Shown: positions 10,595 to 20,452, counted from the first letter of the stretch. The stretch: 64,000 nt of DNA from Lachnospiraceae bacterium (GCA_015057425.1 SVEL01000011.1:5518-69517); one strand, 5' to 3'. Numbers and translations are program-made. The notes: generated from the sequence alone by a model not told the origin.

Positions 10595-11008
10595 ATGGCA
10601 GCAATAAAAGAATTGATTTGCAGCGAGACAGACGGAACAATCAGTTTTGGCGATTATACTTTGACAGAGAAGACAAAACGTTCCGATTTTGAACACAAAG
10701 GAGATGTTTACAAGGTAAAGACGTATTGTGACATTACAAAGCTTGAAAAGAATGGCATATTTGTATATGAGTCAGTACCGGGAACAACTGTAAGAAACCT
10801 TCATGAATCAGATATGATGATGGAATTTGAAGTAGAAGGTAATGGCAATACACAGATTACAGTAGCTCTTGAAAATGAAAAAGAGTATAAGACATTTATA
10901 GATGGAATTAATGCAGGAACTGTAAAAACAAACCTTGGTGGCAAGGCAACACTCAGTGTTGAACTTGGCAATGGCGGAACATCAAAAGTAAGAATTGTGC
11001 AGGCGTAA
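10595..11008 (+). CDS. hypothetical protein (137 aa), probably co-transcribed with radA
   Basis: GGAGG RBS. It stops 3 nt before the radA ATG. I recognise no family. Confidence 0.6.
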   Translation: MAAIKELICSETDGTISFGDYTLTEKTKRSDFEHKGDVYKVKTYCDITKLEKNGIFVYESVPGTTVRNLHESDMMMEFEVEGNGNTQITVALENEKEYKTFIDGINAGTVKTNLGGKATLSVELGNGGTSKVRIVQA

Positions 11009-11011
11009 TTA

Positions 11012-12370
11012 ATGGCAAAAGAAAAGAAGTCCGTTTTCTTCTGCAAGGAATGTGGTTATGAATCTGCAAAATGGATGGGACAGTGTCCTGCGTGCAGAGA
11101 ATGGAATACATTTGTAGAGGAAGTAGTATCAAATAATAGAAAAAATACAAAAATATCTATGGATTTCAATTCAAAACCTCAGAGATTATCTGAGGTTTTG
11201 TTAGATGAAGAAGACAAAGTGACTACCAATATATCTGAACTTGACAGAGTTTTAGGCGGTGGAATTGTTAAAGGTTCCCTTACATTGGTCGGTGGTGACC
11301 CGGGTATTGGAAAGTCTACTTTGCTGTTACAGGTATGTAAGAATCTGTCAGATGCAGATAAAAATGTTCTTTATGTTTCCGGGGAAGAGTCAGCTAAGCA
11401 GATTAAGATAAGAGCTGAAAGAATAGGAAGTTTTAACGATAAGCTGATGCTTCTGTGCGAAACTAATCTAAATGTAATAGAAGAACATATCAGACAGCTT
11501 AAACCGGATGTAGTTGTTATCGACTCAATCCAGACAGTTATGAGTGAAGAAGTTTCTTCAGCACCGGGAAGTGTGAGTCAGGTAAGAGAATGTACCAATA
11601 TACTTATGCAGATTGCAAAAGGTTCCGGAATTTCAGTTTTTATTGTCGGTCATGTGACAAAAGAAGGTGTAGTTGCCGGTCCGAGAGTATTGGAACATAT
11701 GGTAGATACAGTACTTTATTTTGAAGGTGACAGACAGGCGGCATACAGAATACTTCGTGGTGTAAAGAACAGATTTGGTTCGACCAATGAAATAGGAGTA
11801 TTTGAAATGCGAAATGAGGGCTTGAAGGAGGTAACAAATCCGTCAGAGTATATGCTTAACGGCAGACCGGAGAATGCTTCGGGTTCGGTGGTAGCATGCT
11901 CAATGGAAGGAACGAGACCGATGCTTGTCGAGATTCAGGGACTTGTTTGCAAGACGGGATTTGGTATGCCGAGAAGAACGGCGGCAGGAACAGACATTAA
12001 CAGAGTTAATTTACTTATTGCTGTTCTTGAAAAAAGACTTGGTTATAAACTTTCGGAATGTGATGCTTATGTCAACATCGCAGGTGGTATGAGAGCTTCG
12101 GAGCCTGCGCTGGATCTTGGCATAGTGCTTGCAATTATGTCCAGTTATAAGGATAAGGTGATTCCTGACGATACAATAGTTTTCGGTGAAATAGGCTTAT
12201 CGGGAGAGGTTAGAGCTGTATCAATGCCGGCACAGCGATTACAGGAATCGGTAAAACTTGGCTTTAAAACCTGCATAATGCCAAAGGCATCCTTAGATGG
12301 ACTGAAGGTACCGGAGGGAATTAAAGTTATCGGTGTTTCAAGTGTTCGGGAAGCTATGACAATTATATAA
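11012..12370 (+). CDS. radA: DNA repair protein RadA
   Basis: 452 aa. N-terminal zinc finger FFCKECGYESAKWMGQCPAC, Walker A GGDPGIGKST, KNRFG motif and Lon-like C-terminal domain. Confidence 0.95.
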   Translation: MAKEKKSVFFCKECGYESAKWMGQCPACREWNTFVEEVVSNNRKNTKISMDFNSKPQRLSEVLLDEEDKVTTNISELDRVLGGGIVKGSLTLVGGDPGIGKSTLLLQVCKNLSDADKNVLYVSGEESAKQIKIRAERIGSFNDKLMLLCETNLNVIEEHIRQLKPDVVVIDSIQTVMSEEVSSAPGSVSQVRECTNILMQIAKGSGISVFIVGHVTKEGVVAGPRVLEHMVDTVLYFEGDRQAAYRILRGVKNRFGSTNEIGVFEMRNEGLKEVTNPSEYMLNGRPENASGSVVACSMEGTRPMLVEIQGLVCKTGFGMPRRTAAGTDINRVNLLIAVLEKRLGYKLSECDAYVNIAGGMRASEPALDLGIVLAIMSSYKDKVIPDDTIVFGEIGLSGEVRAVSMPAQRLQESVKLGFKTCIMPKASLDGLKVPEGIKVIGVSSVREAMTII

Positions 12371-12399
12371 TTACCCTTTGGGTTTATGGCAAAATGTTG

Positions 12400-12428
12400 T
12401 TGACAATAAGACCTGCTTATGGTATAAA
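12400..12428 (+). promoter_or_regulatory. putative promoter for tRNA-Trp
   Basis: TTGACA (12400-12405), 17 nt spacer, TGgTATAAA extended -10 (12423-12428), about 19 nt upstream of the tRNA. Confidence 0.55.
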
Positions 12429-12446
12429 TATAGGGCAGGCCAAAAT

Positions 12447-12517
12447 AGGGGTGTAGTTCATCGGTAGAATAAGAGTCTCCAAAACTCCAGAGGAGGGTTC
12501 GATTCCTTCCACCCCTG
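12447..12517 (+). tRNA. tRNA-Trp (anticodon CCA)
   Basis: Folded by hand. Acceptor stem AGGGGTG/CACCCCT, D arm GTTC/GAAT, anticodon loop CTCCAAA, T arm GAGGG-TTCGATT-CCTTC, discriminator G. The 3' CCA is not encoded. Confidence 0.9.
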
Positions 12518-12522
12518 CTATA

Positions 12523-12551
12523 AGCTCAGAGATTTTCTCTGAGCTTTTTTT
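12523..12551 (+). terminator. rho-independent terminator after tRNA-Trp
   Basis: The agctcagag / ctctgagct stem followed by a T7 run. Confidence 0.8.
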
Positions 12552-12624
12552 ATTTCATAGAAATGTTTTGATATTTCTATAGGATTTTACGAATATACAT
12601 TTTCTATAAGAAAGGAGTTATGGA

Positions 12625-13707
12625 ATGAGTGTATTAGAGTATAAATGTCCAAATTGCGGTGCAACTCTTAAGTTTGACGCTGAGGCGCAAAAGATGTCCT
12701 GTGAATACTGCGACAGTGCCTTTGAAATGGACGTTTTAAAGAAGTACGAAGAAAATGTGCTTGGCAGTACCGGAGAAGAACCGGACCCTGATTTGGGGAT
12801 TTATGAGAGCAAGAAATGGACAGAAGAGGAAACAGCAGGCCTTAGAAGGTATATCTGCCCGGCATGTGCAGGGGAAATAATCGGTGATGAAACAGTAGGT
12901 GCTACTATGTGTCCGTATTGTGACAGTGCAACGGTTATGCCGGAACAGTTTTCGGATGAATTTAAGCCGGACTACATTATACCTTTTAAAAAGACAAAGG
13001 AACAGGCGGTAAAAGCATTTGAAACATATGTAAAGGGTAAGAAACTGGTACCTGATATATTCCTTAAGAAACAGAGAATGGAAAGTATAAAGGGGATATA
13101 TGTTCCATATTGGCTTTTTGATACGGAAATGGATGCTGATTATACATATAATGCAACAAAAGTAAGGTCATGGTCTGATTCCAGATACATTTATACTGAG
13201 ACAAGTACATATATGCTTGAAAGAGAAGGTGAAATAAGATTTACCAAGGTACCTGTAGATAGTTCAAGTAAAATGGAAGATATGTTGATGGAATCTATAG
13301 AACCGTTTGATTATAATGAAATAGAACCATTTTCTACAACATATTTGTCAGGATACCTTGCAGATAAATATGATGTTGTTCAAGACGAATGTATGAAACG
13401 CGCATCGGAAAGAATGACCAACACGGTGAATAATATGGTTAGAGATACCTGTAAGGGATATGCAACGGTAAAAGCATCTGCGCAGAAGCTTAATGTTACG
13501 GAAAGCAGTATAAAGTATGCTTTGATGCCGGTATGGGTATTAAATACAAAATATGAAGGCAAGATATATACTTTTGCCATGAACGGGCAGACAGGTAAGT
13601 TCGTCGGAGAACTTCCGATGTGTAAGAAAAAATATAGAAATATGATGCTCAGGTGGTCCATTCCACTTGCGCTGGTAGTAGCCATAATCGCGTATTTTAT
13701 AGGATAA
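12625..13707 (+). CDS. zinc-ribbon protein with C-terminal TM helix (YdjG-like by architecture and synteny)
   Basis: 360 aa. CPNCG...CEYC and CPAC...CPYC ribbons. C-terminal helix WSIPLALVVAIIAYFIG. Confidence 0.7.
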   Translation: MSVLEYKCPNCGATLKFDAEAQKMSCEYCDSAFEMDVLKKYEENVLGSTGEEPDPDLGIYESKKWTEEETAGLRRYICPACAGEIIGDETVGATMCPYCDSATVMPEQFSDEFKPDYIIPFKKTKEQAVKAFETYVKGKKLVPDIFLKKQRMESIKGIYVPYWLFDTEMDADYTYNATKVRSWSDSRYIYTETSTYMLEREGEIRFTKVPVDSSSKMEDMLMESIEPFDYNEIEPFSTTYLSGYLADKYDVVQDECMKRASERMTNTVNNMVRDTCKGYATVKASAQKLNVTESSIKYALMPVWVLNTKYEGKIYTFAMNGQTGKFVGELPMCKKKYRNMMLRWSIPLALVVAIIAYFIG

Positions 13708-13735
13708 TATTAATAGGTAACGGAGGTATTATAAG

Positions 13736-14533
13736 ATGAAAATATTTAAAACAGTAATACTCAGCCTGCTATTAGTATTTGCTATAAATACTGTGGCAAT
13801 GGCTGAAGATGCAAAGACGTCAGGAACAGCAGTTTTATATGACGGAGCAGATATTCTCACCGATTCAGATGAAACTGACTTATATGAACGTGCAGCAACT
13901 ATAGCTAAAAAACATAATTTAAACATAATCATTTATACGGAAGAAAGATTTATAACTTATGCAGAAGGAACTGCAAAGGAAGTGTATTTGTCATATTTTG
14001 ATGAAAATACAGACGGAATTTTGTATTACGTAAATATGACTACGAGAGATTATTACTTCCTTACATGTGGGGATGCAAGAAGAAGTCTGAGCGACAATTA
14101 CGGACTTGTAAAAATTGAAAATAAAGTAGTAGAGGATTTGTCGGATGCCGTGTATTATACAAGCTTTGATAAATTTCTGAACATGGTTGACAAGTTCGAA
14201 AAGAAAGCAGAATCAGGTATGCCGTATAGTTTCATTAATCCTTACAGAACACCGGTTGAAATAATTATAAGAATTGTTATTGCAATAGTAATAGGTGTTG
14301 TGGTAGCATTATTGGTGTCAGGAAGGCAAAAGTCTAAACTTAAACCTGTCAAGCCGGAACCATTGGCTAAGAATTATATAGCAAAAGATGGTTTTGTTTT
14401 GAGAAAAAGCAAGGACAGTTTTATGTTTAAAAATGTAACAAAGATACCTAAACCACAGTCATCAGGCAGCAGCGGCGGCAGTCGTTCGAGCGGCGGTGGC
14501 GGCTCATTTGGTGGCAGAGGTGGCAAATTTTAA
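13736..14533 (+). CDS. TPM-domain protein with TM helix and Gly/Ser-rich tail (YdjH/YgcG-like)
   Basis: 265 aa. Signal peptide, TPM-like core, TM helix, tail SSGSSGGSRSSGGGGSFGGRGGKF. Confidence 0.8.
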   Translation: MKIFKTVILSLLLVFAINTVAMAEDAKTSGTAVLYDGADILTDSDETDLYERAATIAKKHNLNIIIYTEERFITYAEGTAKEVYLSYFDENTDGILYYVNMTTRDYYFLTCGDARRSLSDNYGLVKIENKVVEDLSDAVYYTSFDKFLNMVDKFEKKAESGMPYSFINPYRTPVEIIIRIVIAIVIGVVVALLVSGRQKSKLKPVKPEPLAKNYIAKDGFVLRKSKDSFMFKNVTKIPKPQSSGSSGGSRSSGGGGSFGGRGGKF

Positions 14534-14577
14534 AAATTATAATCATAAAATATAATCACATATGAAAGGAGATAATC

Positions 14578-15948
14578 ATGGGATTAGTAAAAGCAATAGG
14601 AGATTTAAGTATAGTTAAAGCGTTCGGAACATCTGTTAAGACACTTGTAGGTGACCAGTGGAGAGAGTATTTCTACTGTGATGCAATTCCTTCAGATGTA
14701 CTTGTAACAAAGGGCGTAAGAAGAGTTCAGGAAGGCTCACGTAATGTAAATGGTATGGATAACATCATTACAAACGGTTCTATAATTGCTGTAAATGAAG
14801 GCCAGTGTATGATTATTGTTGATCAGGGTGAAGTTGTTGAAGTTTGTGCTGAGGCAGGTGAATTCATATTTGATCAGTCAACAGAACCATCATTTATGTA
14901 TGGCAAGCTGGGTTCTAATATAAAGGGAGCTGCCAAAACTGTTTTAAGAAGAACATCATTTGGGGGAGACACAGCAAAAGACCAGAGAATTTATTTCTTT
15001 AATACAAAGGAAATTATCGGCAATAAGTTTGGAACAGCACAGCCTATACCGGTTAGAGTTGTAGATACCAACATCGGACTTGATATGGATATGTCTATCA
15101 GATGTAACGGTGAATATACTTATAAAATTGTTGACCCTGTATTATTCTACAAGAACGTATGCGGTAATGTAACAGGAGAATACAGAAGAAGCGAACTTGA
15201 CAGCATATTAAAGGCAGAATTCCTTGATAAATTACAGCCGGCATTGTTTAAAGTTTCTGAAATGGGAATCAGATATAGTGCATTCCCTGGTAAGACAACA
15301 GAAATCGGTGATGTAATCAATGAAGAGTTAGCTGAAGATTGGGCATTAAAGAGAGGTATCGTAGTTGCATCAATCGCATTTAACTCAGTTACTGCACCTG
15401 AAGAAGATGAAAAGAGAATCAAAGAACTTCAGCAGATGGCTGTGTTTAGAAATCCTGGTATGGCAGCAGCAAGCCTTGTTGGTGCACAGGGTGACGCAAT
15501 GAGAGCGGCAGCAAGCAATGAAGGCGGAGCTATGTTAGGTTTTATGGGACTTAATATGGCAACACAGGCAGGCGGAATGAATGCTAATAACCTTTTTGCT
15601 ATGGACCAGCAAATGAATGCGCAGCAGATGCAGGCACAGCAGATGAATACTATGGCACAGCAGCCGGTAGCTTCAAATGCAACAGGATGGACATGTAAGT
15701 GTGGAGCTGTTAATACAGGCAAGTTCTGCGCAGAATGTGGTGAGTCAAAACCGGCAGACGGATGGGCTTGTAGTTGTGGAGCTGTTAATAAAGGAAAGTT
15801 CTGCACAGAGTGTGGTCAGAAAAAACCTGTAGGTGAACCACTTTACAAATGTGATAAGTGTGGTTGGGAACCGGCAGATCCAAAGAATCCACCAAAGTTC
15901 TGCCCTGAATGTGGTGATCCGTTTAGTGATGAGGATATAACAAACTAA
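14578..15948 (+). CDS. SPFH-like protein (YdjI-like) with Q/M-rich linker and three C-terminal zinc ribbons
   Basis: 456 aa. The tail contains WTCKCGAVNTGKFCAECG, WACSCGAVNKGKFCTECG and YKCDKCG...KFCPECG. Confidence 0.8.
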   Translation: MGLVKAIGDLSIVKAFGTSVKTLVGDQWREYFYCDAIPSDVLVTKGVRRVQEGSRNVNGMDNIITNGSIIAVNEGQCMIIVDQGEVVEVCAEAGEFIFDQSTEPSFMYGKLGSNIKGAAKTVLRRTSFGGDTAKDQRIYFFNTKEIIGNKFGTAQPIPVRVVDTNIGLDMDMSIRCNGEYTYKIVDPVLFYKNVCGNVTGEYRRSELDSILKAEFLDKLQPALFKVSEMGIRYSAFPGKTTEIGDVINEELAEDWALKRGIVVASIAFNSVTAPEEDEKRIKELQQMAVFRNPGMAAASLVGAQGDAMRAAASNEGGAMLGFMGLNMATQAGGMNANNLFAMDQQMNAQQMQAQQMNTMAQQPVASNATGWTCKCGAVNTGKFCAECGESKPADGWACSCGAVNKGKFCTECGQKKPVGEPLYKCDKCGWEPADPKNPPKFCPECGDPFSDEDITN

Positions 15949-15971
15949 GAAATGATAATATAAGAGATATT

Positions 15972-16014
15972 AGGGCATTGCGGAATGATATTTCTGTAAA
16001 TGCCCTTTTGTTTG
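15972..16014 (+). terminator. possible terminator after the SPFH gene
   Basis: The agggcatt / aatgccct stem with a large loop, then TTTGTTTG. Confidence 0.45.
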
Positions 16015-16031
16015 AAAGGTATGGTATATAT

Positions 16032-17225
16032 ATGAACGATAATATAAATAATGCATTGTTTGTGCAAGGTTTTATAAGAATGTGCGATGACGGATTTAAT
16101 CAGGGGTGGCATGAAAGAAATGGTGGTAACCTTACATATAGAATTAAGCCTGAAGAAATTGAAGAAGTTAAGTCTGAATTGAAAGATGATGGAGAATGGT
16201 TTCCGATTGGAACAAGTGTTCCGGGTTTAGCTGGGGAGTATTTTCTTGTAACAGGTTCAGGAAAGTATTTCAGAAACGTGATTTTAGATCCGTGGGCTAA
16301 TATCGCTATTGTTAAAATAGATGATAATGGTGAAAAATATAAAATTGTATATGGATTAGAAAAAGGTGGAAAGCCAACAAGCGAACTGCCATCTCACTTG
16401 ATGAATCACGAAGTTAAAAAGAGAGTAACCAATGGCGAACATAGAGTTATTTATCATTGCCATACAACAAATGTAATTGCACTTACGTTTGTTCTTCCTC
16501 TTGAAGATAAAGTGTTTACAAGAGAATTATGGGAAATGGCAACAGAATGTCCGGTTGTATTTCCTTCAGGAGTAGGTGTGGTACATTGGATGGTTCCGGG
16601 TGGAAGAGATATAGCTGTTGAAACATCTAAACTTATGGAAATGTATGATGTGGCAATTTGGGCTCATCATGGAATATTCTGCTCAGGTGCAGATTTTGAC
16701 CTTACATTTGGTCTTGCGCATACAGTTGAGAAAGCAGCTGAGATACTTGTAAAAACTCTTTCTATGCAGAATTACAAACTACAGACTATTGAGCCACAAG
16801 AATTTAGGAATCTGGCAAAGGATTTTAAAGTAGATATACCTGAGAAGTTCTTGTATGATAAAACAACAAAATACGTGATAAATACTGTTGATACCACGGA
16901 AAATAAATCAATAATCAGAAAGTCGTTTAAGATGAAATTATTCGAGGGTATGGAAGACGAATACGAGCGCAGACACAATGAATTATGGCCTGAGATGAAA
17001 GAAATGATACATGAATATGGCGGTCACAATTATTCTATATTCCTGGATAAAGAAACCAATATTCTGTATGGATATATAGAACTTGAAAATGAAGAAAAAT
17101 GGGCCAAGTCAGCTGATACGGAAATCTGTAGGAAATGGTGGGATTATATGGCAGATATAATGGAAACAAATCCTGATAATAGTCCTGTTTCTACTGATTT
17201 GAAAAATGTGTTCTTCTTGAAATAA
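16032..17225 (+). CDS. rhaD: fusion protein: rhamnulose-1-phosphate aldolase (RhaD) plus L-rhamnose mutarotase (RhaM)
   Basis: The N-terminal ~270 aa align by eye with E. coli RhaD (ELPSHLMNHE..., HCHTTNVIALT, TECPVVFPSGVGVVHWMVPG). The C-terminal ~105 aa align with E. coli RhaM/YiiL (YERRHNELWPEM, HNYSIFLDK, NPDNSPVSTDL). ATG 16032 is preferred over the TTG at 15978. Confidence 0.9.
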   Translation: MNDNINNALFVQGFIRMCDDGFNQGWHERNGGNLTYRIKPEEIEEVKSELKDDGEWFPIGTSVPGLAGEYFLVTGSGKYFRNVILDPWANIAIVKIDDNGEKYKIVYGLEKGGKPTSELPSHLMNHEVKKRVTNGEHRVIYHCHTTNVIALTFVLPLEDKVFTRELWEMATECPVVFPSGVGVVHWMVPGGRDIAVETSKLMEMYDVAIWAHHGIFCSGADFDLTFGLAHTVEKAAEILVKTLSMQNYKLQTIEPQEFRNLAKDFKVDIPEKFLYDKTTKYVINTVDTTENKSIIRKSFKMKLFEGMEDEYERRHNELWPEMKEMIHEYGGHNYSIFLDKETNILYGYIELENEEKWAKSADTEICRKWWDYMADIMETNPDNSPVSTDLKNVFFLK

Positions 17226-17265
17226 TGCCTTTTTGGAATGATATGATAAATGATATTTTTGCACT

Positions 17266-17300
17266 AAAAACCTCCTGCTAAAATTTGCAGGAGGTTTTTT
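17266..17300. terminator. bidirectional terminator between convergent genes
   Basis: The aaaaacctcctgc / gcaggaggttttt stem flanked by A and T runs. Confidence 0.8.
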
Positions 17301-17344
17301 GCTACGTAATACTGCTCGTATTGCTTTTTGTCTGAAAATATATT

Positions 17345-18718
17345 TTAGAGAGGAGCTTTACCCCAAACACAGATATGATTATTGTTTATGCCTGTAAGAA
17401 CTACACATGGTTTCCAAAGTTCGTAATCCCAACCGGGAAGAACTGTAAGCGTTTCAACTGTTTTACCATATGAAATCTCAATGGTATATTCATCTGTAAA
17501 ATGCCAGTGACCTTTAATTGTTTCCTGTATGAGAACAGAACCATCGTTTTTTAATTCCATTAATGTGGAATGTCTTATACCTTGAGGTATAGTTGGCTGT
17601 AAAGTGATTCTTTCGAAAGTGCGGCATACAAGTTCTTTTGGAACCGGCTGTAACTGTTCGCCTGCATATTGAAGAGGAGATGCACATGGCCAACCGTCTT
17701 TTGTCCAAACTATCTTTCTTATATGCATTGTTGAGGCTTCTCCACCTTTGAAGTTCTTTTCTCTTATATGGCAAATTACATACCAATTATTATCAAAGTC
17801 ACGAAGTACTGAGTTGTGTCCCGGTCCCATATATGGCTTGCAATCCTTAAAAGCATAACCGCATTCTATCATATAACCTAATGTATTATCTGTATCGTTG
17901 ATGTCGGTCATATCTCTTCCGTTATGATCGTAGTAAGGACCGGTTATACATTTGCTTCTTCCTACACGGATGTTATAATCGCTTTTAAGAGAAGCATATG
18001 AAACGAAAAGATAATAGTATTCTGTATCCGGATTGTAAATTATGTATGGACCTTCGATTGCACAATCAGCCCACTGTGGTCTTCTTGCAATACATTTACC
18101 GATTAATTCTTCTTCAGTAGTAGGATTTGCGTTGGCTGCAAGTCCTGTTTCTTTATCTAACTTAAGTATATGACATCCGCCCCAGAATGAACCATAAGTC
18201 ATATACTGTTCTCCTGTTTCTACATCTTCCACAATATTAGCATCAATTGCATTGACCGGCAATTTTTCTGATGTTTTTAAAACCGCGCCACGTGGTATAA
18301 ATGGACCTTCGGCATTGTCGGCAACAGCAAGGAAAATACAAGACTGTCTTACACCCCATGTGGAGTTTGAACCATAAATTCTGTATTCGTCTCCTACTTT
18401 AACAATATCCGGAGCCCAAATAGCATTACCGCCAACCCAGTCAGAGGATTCTTTTGGAGGAGCTTCGATAACTCGTCCTAATCGTTCGAAACTGATTAAA
18501 TCAGTTGATTTTAAACATTCAGCACCGGTTCCGTATATATAGTAATTATTTGACACGGGATCGTGATATATAGCAGGGTCGTGAGTAAACCAAACACTGT
18601 TTTTAGGTAAAGGTTCAGGTCTTTCGCCCGGCTTTGGCGGAAGCGGTTTTCCTGCCGGCTTTGGTGGCTCGGAAGGAAATATATATTCGTCTATAGAAAT
18701 ATTATTTAAATTATTCAT
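17345..18718 (-). CDS. glycoside hydrolase family 43 protein (arabinanase/arabinofuranosidase-like), no signal peptide
   Basis: 457 aa. GH43-type five-bladed propeller motifs (HDPAIY, WAPDIVKVGDEYRIYGS, CAIEGPYI). Pro-rich N-terminus PPKPAGKPLPPKPGERPEP. Confidence 0.85.
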   Translation of the reverse strand: MNNLNNISIDEYIFPSEPPKPAGKPLPPKPGERPEPLPKNSVWFTHDPAIYHDPVSNNYYIYGTGAECLKSTDLISFERLGRVIEAPPKESSDWVGGNAIWAPDIVKVGDEYRIYGSNSTWGVRQSCIFLAVADNAEGPFIPRGAVLKTSEKLPVNAIDANIVEDVETGEQYMTYGSFWGGCHILKLDKETGLAANANPTTEEELIGKCIARRPQWADCAIEGPYIIYNPDTEYYYLFVSYASLKSDYNIRVGRSKCITGPYYDHNGRDMTDINDTDNTLGYMIECGYAFKDCKPYMGPGHNSVLRDFDNNWYVICHIREKNFKGGEASTMHIRKIVWTKDGWPCASPLQYAGEQLQPVPKELVCRTFERITLQPTIPQGIRHSTLMELKNDGSVLIQETIKGHWHFTDEYTIEISYGKTVETLTVLPGWDYELWKPCVVLTGINNNHICVWGKAPL

Positions 18719-18756
18719 ATATTACTCCAATCTTAAGAATAAGTTTTGCTACTATA

Positions 18757-20022
18757 TTAATATTTTTTTGCTGCAAGGAAATTACCGTTATTATCAAATC
18801 CTATTAAAAGAGTAGTTTGAACTGATGTGGAACTAATCTTTACAGGAACAGATATATATTCTTCCACGGTGTTGTTGTATCTGATTATAAGTTTATTATC
18901 GTTGCTTATAATCCAGTATCCTCTAAGGCTACCACCTAATTCAACTCTACCGCCTGCTTTATGTGGTATAGCAAGAGCCCATGAATTTCTTGTAGAGCTT
19001 ACACCTTGTTCGGATGGCTGCAATAATGATAAAGGATTGTAGTCATTAAGTGGTAACGGAACTTCCTTTGTAAGGTTAATATATTCATACGGACCGCATA
19101 CATTACTTGGTAAAATACTTGTATCACAAGGTGTACCACATAATTCCATTCCAAAAGGTACGGGGAGAAATGGTATCTGTGCATTGGATGATTCTGTAGT
19201 AAGTAAATCGGTAATACTTACAATACCATCTTCTTCATCACTGTTGTATACGTATACAGACAAGTGGAGTTTGTTGTTGAAATCTTTGAAAACAACAGGT
19301 CTTGAGTAACCATACACAAATGTACAATCATCGAAATGCATAGGTGCAAGAATCATATAGCCTATTGTGTCATCAAAGTTATTGGTATCTGCCATGTCAC
19401 GTCTGTTACAGTCCAGATATGGTCCGTTTATATGTGAGCTTTTGCCAACTCTTACAGAACCATGTTTATCACTTCCGTAAGTTGCAAATAAATAGTAAGA
19501 TTTGTCATTTTCGTTATAATATATGTAACCATCTGTAATACGGGAATTGAATTCAGGAGCTTTGGCAATAGTAATTCCCGGACCATCCACAAAAGCAAGA
19601 CCATTGCGTGGGTTAAGATGAAGTATCTTTACACCACCGTGACAACATCCGTACACAAGGTAATGTTCACGGGTAATAGGGTCTGATATAACAGATGGAT
19701 GTGATATAACAAGTCGGTTGTGATTAAACTCAAAAGAGTTATCATCATATGTAATTACATAGTCTCTAACGTGAAAACCGCTTGTTGGTGTGTCTGATAC
19801 ATAAAGTAGAATACCATCATCTGTTACTGTGTAGATACGGTATTCATTTCTGACTTTTATAACTGCAGGCTGGTTCAACTGCGGAAGTTCACTTTGTGCA
19901 GGTTCCCAGTCTTTAAGGTTGTCTGAAACAAATACATCACTGCCGTCACCGTAGCAGTAGTATTTTTCTGTTGCTTCATCGGCCAAAATGTAGGGATGTT
20001 TTAAACTGAAATTGGTTGACAT
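18757..20022 (-). CDS. GH43-like glycoside hydrolase paralog, no signal peptide
   Basis: 421 aa. Weaker GH43-like pattern (HPYILAD, HPSVISD, TDGYIYY, SVRVGKS). Confidence 0.7.
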   Translation of the reverse strand: MSTNFSLKHPYILADEATEKYYCYGDGSDVFVSDNLKDWEPAQSELPQLNQPAVIKVRNEYRIYTVTDDGILLYVSDTPTSGFHVRDYVITYDDNSFEFNHNRLVISHPSVISDPITREHYLVYGCCHGGVKILHLNPRNGLAFVDGPGITIAKAPEFNSRITDGYIYYNENDKSYYLFATYGSDKHGSVRVGKSSHINGPYLDCNRRDMADTNNFDDTIGYMILAPMHFDDCTFVYGYSRPVVFKDFNNKLHLSVYVYNSDEEDGIVSITDLLTTESSNAQIPFLPVPFGMELCGTPCDTSILPSNVCGPYEYINLTKEVPLPLNDYNPLSLLQPSEQGVSSTRNSWALAIPHKAGGRVELGGSLRGYWIISNDNKLIIRYNNTVEEYISVPVKISSTSVQTTLLIGFDNNGNFLAAKKY

Positions 20023-20164
20023 AACACACTAATCCTTTCTTATTAATAATTTGATAAAAAGCTTTCTTAATTATATCATAATTAAGAATTATTTTAAAGA
20101 AAAAGTCTTTCAAAAAAAATATTTAGTGATATAATCTATAAAGGATGAAAAAGAGGTGGACAAG

Positions 20165-20395
20165 ATGAGAGAAGATGAATTTAAAATGGAAAGAGCAGGT
20201 CTTGTTAAAATAGGCGATGAAGTGACGATAAGTGAAGGAAAGCTGCCTTTTAGCTATTATTATACTATTGAACCTGCAGTGGCTATGTCCGGTAATTATG
20301 AATTTAGAGACAGGATAAAGTCTGAAAAAGGTATAGTAAAAAGTATAAGGGAAACGGAAAGTGGATATTTTCTTACTGTAGAGTTTGAAGAATAA
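20165..20395 (+). CDS. small hypothetical protein (76 aa)
   Basis: ATG 20165 sits 8 nt after a GAGG RBS, and the ORF track's GTG at 20156 overlaps that RBS. A TGaTATAAT extended -10 lies upstream. Confidence 0.5.
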   Translation: MREDEFKMERAGLVKIGDEVTISEGKLPFSYYYTIEPAVAMSGNYEFRDRIKSEKGIVKSIRETESGYFLTVEFEE

Positions 20396-20452
20396 CATTA
20401 TTTTTATAAAGATATATAATGAAAGGAGAGCGTTTTTATAGCGCGGGATATT

